A DNA stretch of 55,897 nt from a virus: IMG/VR virus record IMGVR_UViG_3300046520_000074; one strand, written 5' to 3'. Below are positions 9,083 through 17,155 of the stretch, piece after piece. The translations under genes and the position numbers were made by a program. The notes beneath the pieces are model-generated. The model was not told where the DNA came from. It ran no database searches and saw nothing but the letters and a program-made list of their open reading frames with translations. The stretch's first letter is position 1. Each line of letters opens with the position of its first letter.

Positions 9083-9507
9083 TGAACGCGACCGAAAGAG
9101 ACCGCGATATTTTGGCGCGGACATTGTACGGCGAAGCCCGTGGCGAGGGCCTGGCCGGCCAGATCGCCGTGGCCTGCACCATCCGCAACCGAGTGAACGA
9201 CGGCAGGGATAAGTCCTGGTGGGGCGAGGGTTACGCCGGCGTCTGCCTGAAGCCATACCAGTTCAGCTGCTGGAACAAGAACGACCCCAACTATCCCCAC
9301 CTGAGCGGCGCCAAGCCGATCCCGCCGAAGCAGTTCGCCCAGGCGCAGCGGGCGGCCGACCTTGTGATCTCCGGCCAGGAGCCTGACATCACCCGTGGCG
9401 CGACCCACTACTACGCCACGACCATGCCGAAGGCGCCGGCCTGGGCCAAGGACGCCACCCAGACCCTGCGCTTGGGAAATCACGTCTTCTTCAAGGATGT
9501 CCCATGA
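9082..9507 (+). CDS. Endolysin, SleB-type cell wall hydrolase (Hydrolase_2 family)
   Basis: ARTLYGEARGEG...IRNRV...YQFSCWN...ATHYY motifs. Confidence 0.85.
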   Translation: MNATERDRDILARTLYGEARGEGLAGQIAVACTIRNRVNDGRDKSWWGEGYAGVCLKPYQFSCWNKNDPNYPHLSGAKPIPPKQFAQAQRAADLVISGQEPDITRGATHYYATTMPKAPAWAKDATQTLRLGNHVFFKDVP

Positions 9508-10019
9508 GCCCCGCCACGCTGAAGCTGCTGATCGCCGGGGTGGCCGTGGCGTTGATCGTCACCATGAGCGCGACATGGAAGGTCCAGGACTGGCGATACG
9601 GCAAGCAACTGGCCGAGCAGGCCGGCCTGCACCAGTCCGACCTGGACAAGATCAGCAGCGCAGCCGCCGCTCAGGCCCAGGCCGAGCAGGGCAAGCGGCT
9701 GGCGCTCGAGCAGCGCCTCTCCAGCAGCGAACAAACTCACCACCAGGTACTGACCGATGCCCAACGTAATCAAGATCGTCTGCGCGATCGCCTCGCTACT
9801 GCTGATATCCGGCTGTCAGTCCTCCTCGCCGAGGATCCTGCCAGTTGCAACGGAGTGCCTGCCGCCACCGACACCGTCGGCTTGGTTCATGGAGCCCGTC
9901 GAGCCCAACTTGACCCAGCGCATGCTCAAAGAATTATCGCCATCACCGATGCCGGCGACCGGGGGTTGATTGCCCTGGCTGCCTGCCAGGCGTACGTCAG
10001 GGAATTGAATCGGCGATAG
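9504..10019 (+). CDS. i-spanin (Rz-like)
   Basis: N-terminal transmembrane segment LLIAGVAVALIVTM, then a coiled-coil periplasmic domain. It follows the lysin with an overlap. Confidence 0.85.
   Translation: MSPATLKLLIAGVAVALIVTMSATWKVQDWRYGKQLAEQAGLHQSDLDKISSAAAAQAQAEQGKRLALEQRLSSSEQTHHQVLTDAQRNQDRLRDRLATADIRLSVLLAEDPASCNGVPAATDTVGLVHGARRAQLDPAHAQRIIAITDAGDRGLIALAACQAYVRELNRR
9757..9969 (+). CDS. o-spanin (Rz1-like lipoprotein) embedded in the +1 frame of Rz
   Basis: Lipobox LLISGC, Pro-rich mature region, entirely inside the Rz gene. Confidence 0.8.
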   Translation: MPNVIKIVCAIASLLLISGCQSSSPRILPVATECLPPPTPSAWFMEPVEPNLTQRMLKELSPSPMPATGG

Positions 10020-10689
10020 GGCGGATCAGCTCGGCGCCCTGGTTGCGCACATTGCCGACGGCGCGGTCCACCTTGAACCACTCGAAGGCCTCGGCCGGCT
10101 CACCCTGGTGCAGGACGATTTGCTCAGCCCGCTCCTTGGGCGTGGCCGGGTCCAGCCATTCCCGGGCGAGCTCAGGCGTCAGCACCACGGGCCGTCGGTC
10201 GTGGATGTCTACCATTCCGCCCTGGCTGTCGGCGGTAATGATCACAAAGCCGTCGTGCTCGCCCGGCTCCCGGGCGTCAGTGGGGAATTGGCCGATGGCC
10301 GCGCAGAATATCGGGGCCTGGTCTCGCCGGCGAATCAGGTAGGGCTGCTTCTTTGGTCCCCCCTCATCGACCCACTCAAACCAGTTGTTGATCGGCGTTA
10401 TGGCTCGGTTCGGCCAGATCGGGCGGTAGAACGGGCCGTGGGCCACTTTCTCTACCCGGGCATTGATTGGCGCAGCCCGGTCTTTGGCCCAGGCCGGCCG
10501 CCACCCCCATCGCACCAGGTCGGCATGCAGCGTGTCGTCCTCCTGGTGAAAGAGGGCGAGCTGCTGCGACGGCGCACCGTTGTACCTCTCCAGCGGCAGG
10601 TCGCCGGCGGAATTGACCAAGGCGTTGGGCATGCTCAAGGCCGCCACGAAGTCGTGGATGCCGGTGTATTGCGAGAGTCGTCCGCACAT
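9997..10689 (-). CDS. SOS response-associated peptidase (SRAP/YedK, DUF159)
   Basis: Start chosen at MCGR (Cys2 nucleophile). NARxE-like INARVEK and WFEW motifs. Confidence 0.85.
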   Translation of the reverse strand: MCGRLSQYTGIHDFVAALSMPNALVNSAGDLPLERYNGAPSQQLALFHQEDDTLHADLVRWGWRPAWAKDRAAPINARVEKVAHGPFYRPIWPNRAITPINNWFEWVDEGGPKKQPYLIRRRDQAPIFCAAIGQFPTDAREPGEHDGFVIITADSQGGMVDIHDRRPVVLTPELAREWLDPATPKERAEQIVLHQGEPAEAFEWFKVDRAVGNVRNQGAELIRPIADSIP

Positions 10690-10706
10690 GACGCCTGCTC
10701 CTGTAG

Positions 10707-11093
10707 TCACCTTGGCTGGGTGCTCGGGATTATGTCATCGGGAAGCCTATCCCCTTCATAAACCTTGAGCCGATGGTGCAGCTCGGCGATAAGCGTGGTA
10801 TTCGCCACACGCTCACCATTCGACTTGTTCATCAGTTCGACATATCGAAGGTGCTCGGAATTCCAAGCCCATTTCGCCTTGTCCAGATCAGCCCGAAGCC
10901 TGGCGCACTCCTTGGCCTCGGTCGCGTGCATTTCCACCAAACCAAAAATGTCCTGGAGCGCCTTGCGTAACTGGGTGGTCAGTTCCTGCACCTCGTTCTC
11001 CAGCATGCGACAGGATTGCCTGTACATCTCCAGCGGTGTGGGGCAGCCCAGCCAATCGCTGGTGTCTTCAATTTCAAACGGGTCCATGACCAT
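10707..11093 (-). CDS. Hypothetical coiled-coil protein, first gene of the SOS-box operon
   Basis: 128-aa ORF with an RBS, 17 nt upstream of the SRAP gene on the same strand. Confidence 0.6.
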   Translation of the reverse strand: MVMDPFEIEDTSDWLGCPTPLEMYRQSCRMLENEVQELTTQLRKALQDIFGLVEMHATEAKECARLRADLDKAKWAWNSEHLRYVELMNKSNGERVANTTLIAELHHRLKVYEGDRLPDDIIPSTQPR

Positions 11094-11106
11094 GCCTTGC
11101 CTTGTA

Positions 11107-11122
11107 CTGTTTGGATATACAG
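11107..11122. promoter_or_regulatory. LexA (SOS) box
   Basis: ctgtttggatatacag = CTGT-N8-ACAG, 14 nt upstream of the 11093 start codon. Confidence 0.7.
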
Positions 11123-11333
11123 TAATCGAGGCGACTCCATAGGGGCGATGATGAGACGACGGGCTGTAGGGTTTTGGGGGATGATCGGTCGGCAGGACGC
11201 CGGGGAGGGAGGTACCACTGTAGGAATATACAACGCTAAGTTATTGATTCTTATAGGATGGTAACGCTGTTTTTTCTAACGCTCCGTGCAGGTGTTTTCC
11301 TTTAATTTTCATAGTGTTACACTCGATTCACGG

Positions 11334-11383
11334 TCACCTTGACATGGTGGGGGTCGTTGGTTCGAGTCCAATCGCGCCTACCA
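11334..11383 (+). other. attP core: 3' half of tRNA-Val(GAC), from the anticodon arm through CCA
   Basis: tcacc-ttGACat-ggtgg anticodon arm, gggtc variable loop, gttgg-ttcgagt-ccaat T-arm, cgcgcct-a-cca acceptor end. There is no matching 5' acceptor or D-arm upstream. It is adjacent to int. Confidence 0.75.
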
Positions 11384-11414
11384 AACAAAATCCGCTCTGC
11401 TGGGCGGTCTAGAA

Positions 11415-11442
11415 GGGCTCACCGAAAGGTGGGCCCTTTTTT
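11415..11442 (+). terminator. Rho-independent terminator following the tRNA fragment
   Basis: gggctcacc-gaaa-ggtgggccc 9-bp stem followed by tttttt. Confidence 0.8.
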
Positions 11443-11492
11443 GTTGTCTGCGATTTTCAAAACTTTTGCAAAACTTTTGCAAAACCCCCACC

Positions 11493-12629
11493 TCACAACG
11501 CCAATTCGGCTCCCACCTCGACGTACTCAATTGTCTTGTTGCCGTGCCCCTCCTGGTAGTGCCTGGTCATCTTCTCGTCCGCATGGCCCAGCAGCGCCTG
11601 GATATACTCCTGCGGGAAATCCTGCTGCTCATACAGCCATGCGCCCAAAGCGCGGATCTCATGAAAAGTGGGGCGCTCGCCGGCCTGCACATGGTCGTAG
11701 GCGTGTGCCGCGTCCCGGGCCTTGCTGAACTCCTTGGTCAGGTAGTCCGGTGTCACCGACGTCCAATGGTCCTTCGCGTCGATCTGCTCGCGCCGGCGCG
11801 CCTTCGGCTTGTAGTGGATCAGGTAAGGCGAAGCCAGAGGCGAACGCAGGCACTCGCCAACTACCTCCCGGAGCGCGGCGCCCATCTTGATTTTCAGGTG
11901 GACGGGGTTGTCATAACCCTGGGTCTTGCCGGGCGATACCGTCAGAGTGTTTTTCTCCATGTCGGCAGCTGATTTCAGCCATGTCACGATATCTTCGCGC
12001 CGTTGTAGGCTGGTCAGCGCCAGGCGAATTGCTCGCTTCAGCCATGGCGGCGTGGTGACCGCGTCGATGATCGACTTCAACCCATCGAGCGTGTGCCGCT
12101 GGCGCTTCTTCTCCGCCTCCTTCTTCACCAGGGTCAGCTCCGCGTTATTTCGCTCGGCCAGGCCCTTGGCCACGGCAAACGCGAATATCTGCACCCACAG
12201 TCCCCTGTGCTTGGTGTAGGCGTTGTTGCTGAACTGGTCCAGATACTCGGCCATAGCCAGCACGTCCATCTGACCGATGAGCCTATCTCCAAGGTCCTGC
12301 CGGTAGCGCTCGATCTTGAATTTGATCTCTTCCAAGGTGCGAGCGGCGTAGCCCTTATCCACCAGCCATTCATCGTGGAAGCGCTGGAGCAGGTTGCTGA
12401 CAGTCGGCAGGCGGTCACCCGTCAGCAGGGTGAGCAGCGCGCCATCGTCGACAACGAGTGCCGCCAGTTTCAAATTCGCCGCCCGGGCTAGTTTTATTGC
12501 CTCCTCTATGGGTCGGTTGATGCTCGTCATCAGGCCGGTGATTGGGTTGCGGTACCGCCAATACTTCCCGTTGGGGTAGAGATTTGGCGGTAACTTCCTG
12601 TTTTTCAGCGTGCGCGGCCGGGCAGCCAT
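11493..12629 (-). CDS. int: Tyrosine integrase (lambda Int family)
   Basis: N-terminal arm-binding type sequence (LPPNLYPNGKYWRYRNP). C-terminal HEIRALGAW...LLGHADEKMTRHY catalytic motifs. Confidence 0.92.
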   Translation of the reverse strand: MAARPRTLKNRKLPPNLYPNGKYWRYRNPITGLMTSINRPIEEAIKLARAANLKLAALVVDDGALLTLLTGDRLPTVSNLLQRFHDEWLVDKGYAARTLEEIKFKIERYRQDLGDRLIGQMDVLAMAEYLDQFSNNAYTKHRGLWVQIFAFAVAKGLAERNNAELTLVKKEAEKKRQRHTLDGLKSIIDAVTTPPWLKRAIRLALTSLQRREDIVTWLKSAADMEKNTLTVSPGKTQGYDNPVHLKIKMGAALREVVGECLRSPLASPYLIHYKPKARRREQIDAKDHWTSVTPDYLTKEFSKARDAAHAYDHVQAGERPTFHEIRALGAWLYEQQDFPQEYIQALLGHADEKMTRHYQEGHGNKTIEYVEVGAELAL

Positions 12630-12862
12630 CAGCCGATCTCCATCATTTGGGCCAGCAGCGGGTCAGCAGATCCCATCACGGCGGCCTGGACGTCCACAAA
12701 ATACATACCGCCCTTCACCTCTCCTGCCACCTCGCCTTCCTCAATCCATTTCTTCAGCTGCTGCACGCTCGGCTTTCCCCCGACGTAGCGCAGCTTCCTG
12801 TATTCGCTCACCTCCATAAGCCGGGGGAGCTTGATCGTCATTTGTGCAATGACCTTTGCCAT
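12629..12862 (-). CDS. xis: Excisionase-like protein
   Basis: 77-aa internal start of ORF 12629..13177. The stop overlaps the int start. The call rests on position and small size. Confidence 0.6.
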   Translation of the reverse strand: MAKVIAQMTIKLPRLMEVSEYRKLRYVGGKPSVQQLKKWIEEGEVAGEVKGGMYFVDVQAAVMGSADPLLAQMMEIG

Positions 12863-12906
12863 GATGATGCTCCATGCCGCGCCTGGCGGCAGAAGGTGGT
12901 GATTGG

Positions 12907-13404
12907 TTATGTGCTGGCCTTGGCCAGAGCTGCGTCGGCCACCGCCATTGCGGCCTGGGCGTCGTCGACGTAGGCAGGATCGAACCCGCCGGCCAAGTGG
13001 ATGGTTCCTTGGCAGGCGCGAAGGTTCTCGCGGGTGAGCTTCAGTGCTGCCACTAACTCTTCGGTCAGTGAGCGCTCCTCCCGGCCGATATCCCAAAAGC
13101 ACTGGCCCCAGTGTCCGGCTGGCGGAGGGTTGGAGTTCTGAGCGCCCATGGCCAGTGCGCCAACAATCATGTCGCACAGGTCGCGCTTATAGGCGTTGTC
13201 ACCGTCGATACTCAGGCCCTGGCGGCGCAGCGCGTCGAGCGCGTTATTTAGGTTCGCCTCGGGCGATGGCAGGACCAGGTCGAAGTCGGCCTTGCCAGGG
13301 CGGCACACCACCAGAAACATCTGGCAGTCGAGCGGCAGGTGCTGGGCGATATCGGAGATCGCATCGATCGCCACTTCGCGCATTAAAGATTTTTGATCAG
13401 GCAT
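12907..13404 (-). CDS. Hypothetical protein
   Basis: Start at MPDQKS with an aaggaa RBS. No recognisable domain. Confidence 0.6.
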   Translation of the reverse strand: MPDQKSLMREVAIDAISDIAQHLPLDCQMFLVVCRPGKADFDLVLPSPEANLNNALDALRRQGLSIDGDNAYKRDLCDMIVGALAMGAQNSNPPPAGHWGQCFWDIGREERSLTEELVAALKLTRENLRACQGTIHLAGGFDPAYVDDAQAAMAVADAALAKAST

Positions 13405-13452
13405 ACGAATTCCTTGCCCGCCGTTCACCGGCAGGCTGTAGGTGGATTGGGG

Positions 13453-14244
13453 TTAGGCTGTTGCGAATAAATCGATTTGCGGTACCGGGGTGTCCCGGAC
13501 AGTGATGGCGTCGGTGATGCGCTGGTGTGCGATATCGAGGTAGCCGAGGCGGTTGCCTTTCTCGTCCAGGTCCTTCTCGATGCCGATGAATCGGCGACCC
13601 AATTGCATGCAAGCCACGCCGGTGGTGCCGCTGCCCATGCTGTTGTCCAGCACCACCTGGCCGGGATGGGTGTAGGTGCTGATCAGAAAGGCCATCCAGG
13701 CCACTGGCTTTTGCGTCGGGTGGAAGCTGCCGGTCTGTTTGTCGCTGGAGAAGAACTGAACCGAGCGCGGGTACCGCTCTGTCGAGTCGTACTCAGCCAA
13801 GGCCAGGGCCTTCCCGTAGCACTCGGAGTTCACCGTCTTGCGCTTGGCCGTCTTTCGCTCATGCCCCCCCGACATCTGCGGGTTGTATACGGGCTGCTTG
13901 CGGTAGAAGACCTGGGCGCTTTCGTGCGCTCGAAGTGGCTGCTTCTTGGAGTTGAGAAAGCCTGTGGCGTTGCCTTTCTCCCAGATCCACTCGTACCGGT
14001 AGAGCTTCGGGTTGCTCGCCACCAGCATGGAGGCGAACGGCTGAGCCGCGCACAGAACGATGGCGGCCTCGGGCTTGGCGATCCGCAGGTATTCCCGCCA
14101 GAGCGGCTCGAGCGGGATGATGGTGTCCCAGGCGCATTGGGTCGATCCGTAGGGCAGGTCCGCCAGCACCATGTCGACGCTGGCGTCCGGCAGTTGCTTC
14201 ATGACGTCCAGGCAGTCGCCGAGATAGAGCTGATATTCGTTCAT
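13453..14244 (-). CDS. DNA N6-adenine/N4-cytosine methyltransferase (beta class)
   Basis: DLPYG (DPPY-type) motif near the N-terminus. HPTQKP and DNSMGSGTTG (FxGxG-type) near the C-terminus. Confidence 0.85.
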   Translation of the reverse strand: MNEYQLYLGDCLDVMKQLPDASVDMVLADLPYGSTQCAWDTIIPLEPLWREYLRIAKPEAAIVLCAAQPFASMLVASNPKLYRYEWIWEKGNATGFLNSKKQPLRAHESAQVFYRKQPVYNPQMSGGHERKTAKRKTVNSECYGKALALAEYDSTERYPRSVQFFSSDKQTGSFHPTQKPVAWMAFLISTYTHPGQVVLDNSMGSGTTGVACMQLGRRFIGIEKDLDEKGNRLGYLDIAHQRITDAITVRDTPVPQIDLFATA

Positions 14245-14294
14245 GGCCTCGGCCCCCTGTAGATGAGCCAGGCCATGTAGAGCAGGGGGGAGGA

Positions 14295-14663
14295 TCATGG
14301 CTGTGGCTCCTTCATCGCTGCCGCTGCAATCGATTCGATCTGATCGCAGTAGCCATAGATGTCCTGGGCGCTGTTCTGCCCGTTCACGCAGTCACGGACG
14401 GTTGGGCGGATGTTTCCGTCGACCTGGGCGGTGATGGCATGGAGGGCTTGGAGCAGCGCTTCGTTCTCGTCGATCAAGGCCCGGACTGCGGCGGGGTTGG
14501 CCGCGGCAATGAAGCGCGCGACAGGGCAGTCGCCATCCTCCTCGAAGGTTTCGAAGACAGCCTCACAGTCGCGGTCGACGACCTGCTTGATTCCGCCATG
14601 TTGGTACCAGGGCCCGGCTGGCGCAGCCTCGGCCAGCCGCTTCAATTCGTTGCGGTCGGTCAT
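14295..14663 (-). CDS. Ead/Ea22-like protein
   Basis: KRLAEAAPAGPWY motif. ATGA overlap with the upstream gene. Confidence 0.65.
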   Translation of the reverse strand: MTDRNELKRLAEAAPAGPWYQHGGIKQVVDRDCEAVFETFEEDGDCPVARFIAAANPAAVRALIDENEALLQALHAITAQVDGNIRPTVRDCVNGQNSAQDIYGYCDQIESIAAAAMKEPQP

Positions 14664-15427
14664 GGCGTCACCCGCTTGAACTCGACGACCCAGACCCAGG
14701 GGTTGGCGTCCCATGCGTCGGCGCCGTTCACTGAGCTCCAGAGGTTGGCGAACGCCCAGCGCGGTGCGCCAAGGCACTGCTCGTGACTGGTGGTCTTGTC
14801 CCACATCCAGCCATTGAGCTGTGGGTGATGCTCTTCCGGCGCCGGGCACGCCCCGACATCTGTCCAGCCTTTACCCCCGTGCCCGCACTTGCGACCGTAA
14901 TCGGTGAAGAAACAGCCTTCCGCCTTGGCCTGCTCATCGCTGATATCCTGCAACCGCTCGACGCGCACAGCGGTGACCTCAAGCAGGATGCGGCAGACCC
15001 AACGGTGCATGTGGATGCTCGGCCTGGAATCGCGCGGGTAATCCCAGTGGGCAACAGAGCCGTTGTACTCGGGATCTTCGCAACGGGCGTATAGGACTGG
15101 CTCTCTGTCGGCGGCGTAGCGTGTCAGGACAGCACCGTTGGCTGTGTCGTAGTCCGCCTCGGTGGTCTCGCGCACCCACAGTCGGTCGCCTGGCTTGCCG
15201 TACGGACACGCGATTGGGTGTTCTGTGCCTTGGTCATCCATGCAGCTCTCGTCAAAGGTGTGCATAGGGCGCCACGAACCGTCTGGTTGCTGATGAAGCT
15301 CGAATTGACAGTCTGCGCTGCGCATGCGCGGTTTGATCTCCCGCCGCGTGACCGTCTTCCGGTTCTCCAGAATGGCGCGCACCATCGGCGCCGAGAACAA
15401 AATAGGGCGTTCTTTCGCTTGGCTCAT
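14660..15427 (-). CDS. ASCH domain-like protein
   Basis: N-terminal ILFSAPMVRAILENRKTVTRR is typical of ASCH-fold phage proteins. Confidence 0.65.
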   Translation of the reverse strand: MSQAKERPILFSAPMVRAILENRKTVTRREIKPRMRSADCQFELHQQPDGSWRPMHTFDESCMDDQGTEHPIACPYGKPGDRLWVRETTEADYDTANGAVLTRYAADREPVLYARCEDPEYNGSVAHWDYPRDSRPSIHMHRWVCRILLEVTAVRVERLQDISDEQAKAEGCFFTDYGRKCGHGGKGWTDVGACPAPEEHHPQLNGWMWDKTTSHEQCLGAPRWAFANLWSSVNGADAWDANPWVWVVEFKRVTP

Positions 15428-15639
15428 TGCGCCACCTCGATCAGCTTCCACTTGGTGTTGTTGCTCTGGCTGTGATCCGACTCAAGCAGGCCGTCTCGCT
15501 CCATCCGTTCCAGCTCCCGGCGGACCTGTTTGGTGGTGAATGGCTCGATATGGAAGCGGAACCACCAGGTGCAGAACCAACCACCGCGCGACCCGCCGGG
15601 CCCGCTCATGTATGCGATGATTCTTTGGCGTAGGCTCAC
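15424..15639 (-). CDS. Small hypothetical protein (possible winged helix)
   Basis: GTG start in a GTGA overlap with the upstream stop. An alternative ATG lies further upstream at 15663. Confidence 0.5.
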   Translation of the reverse strand: MSLRQRIIAYMSGPGGSRGGWFCTWWFRFHIEPFTTKQVRRELERMERDGLLESDHSQSNNTKWKLIEVAQ

Positions 15640-16061
15640 GGCATCACCTCGCGGCGGGCCCACTGCACATAGGGGCCGTCGTCCGTGTCAAATATCCCCA
15701 TCAGGAACCACTCAGGCCCAGGCGATTCGGGATTCCATGCGGTGCACGCGGCATCCTCATCTGGCAGGTCTAAAATTTCGTCACCCGAGTGCCAGCCTTT
15801 AAGCTCCAACCCTTGCTTCTTGGCCCAGGCGTAGTACGGGGCAGGATCTTCGCCTTCGCCAAAGTTCGGGATGGAAGGGTGGTACCACCAGCCATCCTTG
15901 TCGCGCTTCACTTCGACAGGCCCGAACGGCTTCCTTTCGTGGGCGGCGCATGGGGTGACACGGTAGACGTGCGAATACTGGCCTTGCCCATCGCTGAAGC
16001 TCAGTCGGCAGCCACATTCGGCAGGCTTGTCGTTGACGAACACGATATTTTCTTCAGGCAT
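15636..16061 (-). CDS. Hypothetical protein
   Basis: 141-aa ORF with coding-like codon bias in the leftward operon. Confidence 0.6.
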   Translation of the reverse strand: MPEENIVFVNDKPAECGCRLSFSDGQGQYSHVYRVTPCAAHERKPFGPVEVKRDKDGWWYHPSIPNFGEGEDPAPYYAWAKKQGLELKGWHSGDEILDLPDEDAACTAWNPESPGPEWFLMGIFDTDDGPYVQWARREVMP

Positions 16062-16107
16062 GACTTCGTCCTTGCCGCTATAGCGGCTGACTTTGAAGGG
16101 GGAGGGG

Positions 16108-16827
16108 TTACTGCTTGATTTGGCGAAGCGCGGCGTCGTATTCGAGCGGGTCGCCGTTGGGGTAGCGCTCGACGATCTCCATGAGCTTCTCGTCCTGTGG
16201 CATCACCACCGCTACCGGCGCGGGCTGCTCGGCTGGGTGTGTTGCGTTCCAGTGCTCGAACGCTTCTTGCGTGGTGACTGCCTCGATCTTCTCGTCGCAG
16301 GTGTAGCAGTGCGCAACGCCGCCGGCCGCGCCGACGTCGCGGTGACCTTGCTTGCACGGGTTCATGCGCCAGTCCTTGTCCATCTCCGCCTCTGGGTCGA
16401 CGGCCTCTGCGCCGGCATTTATGGCGGCATCGATCACGGCGTCGACATCAGTGACCTCCGCACCACTCGGGAACCAGTCCTGAATCAGCCAGATGAACGT
16501 CGGCTTATCCCGCAGCCAGAGATACCTAGCCGCGTTTCTCTCTGCCGCCTGGCACGCCTGCTGTTCTGCCTGGCGCCGCTGTTCCAGGCTGTGGTTCTGC
16601 TCGTCGCGCTCGTTCAGCAGCAGTTGCAGGGCGGCCTCACGAGCTTTGATTTCTTCGAAGTGCTGCGCCAGGGTGCAAGCGAAGTCGCCGGCCAGGCGCT
16701 CGCTGATGTACTGGCGATAGTCATGACGCCTGAGCACGGTTTCGAACAGATTGGCGATGTAGGTTCGGCCAGCGTCCGGCGTGTTGAATTCGAGCTTTGG
16801 CACGGCCTGTTGGTTTTCTGCGGGCAT
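16108..16827 (-). CDS. Hypothetical protein with a central coiled coil
   Basis: 239-aa ORF in the leftward operon. Confidence 0.6.
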   Translation of the reverse strand: MPAENQQAVPKLEFNTPDAGRTYIANLFETVLRRHDYRQYISERLAGDFACTLAQHFEEIKAREAALQLLLNERDEQNHSLEQRRQAEQQACQAAERNAARYLWLRDKPTFIWLIQDWFPSGAEVTDVDAVIDAAINAGAEAVDPEAEMDKDWRMNPCKQGHRDVGAAGGVAHCYTCDEKIEAVTTQEAFEHWNATHPAEQPAPVAVVMPQDEKLMEIVERYPNGDPLEYDAALRQIKQ

Positions 16828-16914
16828 GGCTATGTCCTTGCCGGGGCATGCCCGGGCGGTGGAGAGTGGTGAGAGATCAGCTACAGTTCAGCGATCAACA
16901 AAAAGGGGTATTAG

Positions 16915-17148
16915 ATGGCTTGCTATGTCTGCAATGGAACGGCGCAGGTGTGGGACAGAAACATGGGCGGTAAATCAGTCGATTGTCCAGGGTGTGGTCG
17001 CTACGACATATCTGCTTCGGCATTCGCCGACATGAATCAGAACATCAGAATTTTCATCGTCGATATGACTCGAAACTGGCTCAAAGAGCAGCGAGCGGCT
17101 GGTGAAAATCCTCCGTTGATCGAGCGACACACTGCTTTCTGGGACTGA
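16915..17148 (+). CDS. Small zinc-ribbon protein on the opposite strand
   Basis: CYVCNG...CPGCG motif. AT-richer DNA. Convergent with the C5 methyltransferase gene. Confidence 0.5.
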   Translation: MACYVCNGTAQVWDRNMGGKSVDCPGCGRYDISASAFADMNQNIRIFIVDMTRNWLKEQRAAGENPPLIERHTAFWD

Positions 17149-17155
17149 CGCTGGG

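Noticed and set aside
11334-11383. A complete tRNA-Val gene
   Set aside because: The upstream sequence (tagtgttacactcgattcacgg) cannot form the 5' acceptor strand (AGGCGCG) or a D-arm. Only the 3' half is present, as expected for an attP core.
12629-13177. Full 182-aa ORF as the xis-region gene
   Set aside because: The N-terminal 105 residues are Arg/Gly/Pro-rich, overlap the neighbouring gene and look non-coding. The 77-aa internal start gives an excisionase-sized product.
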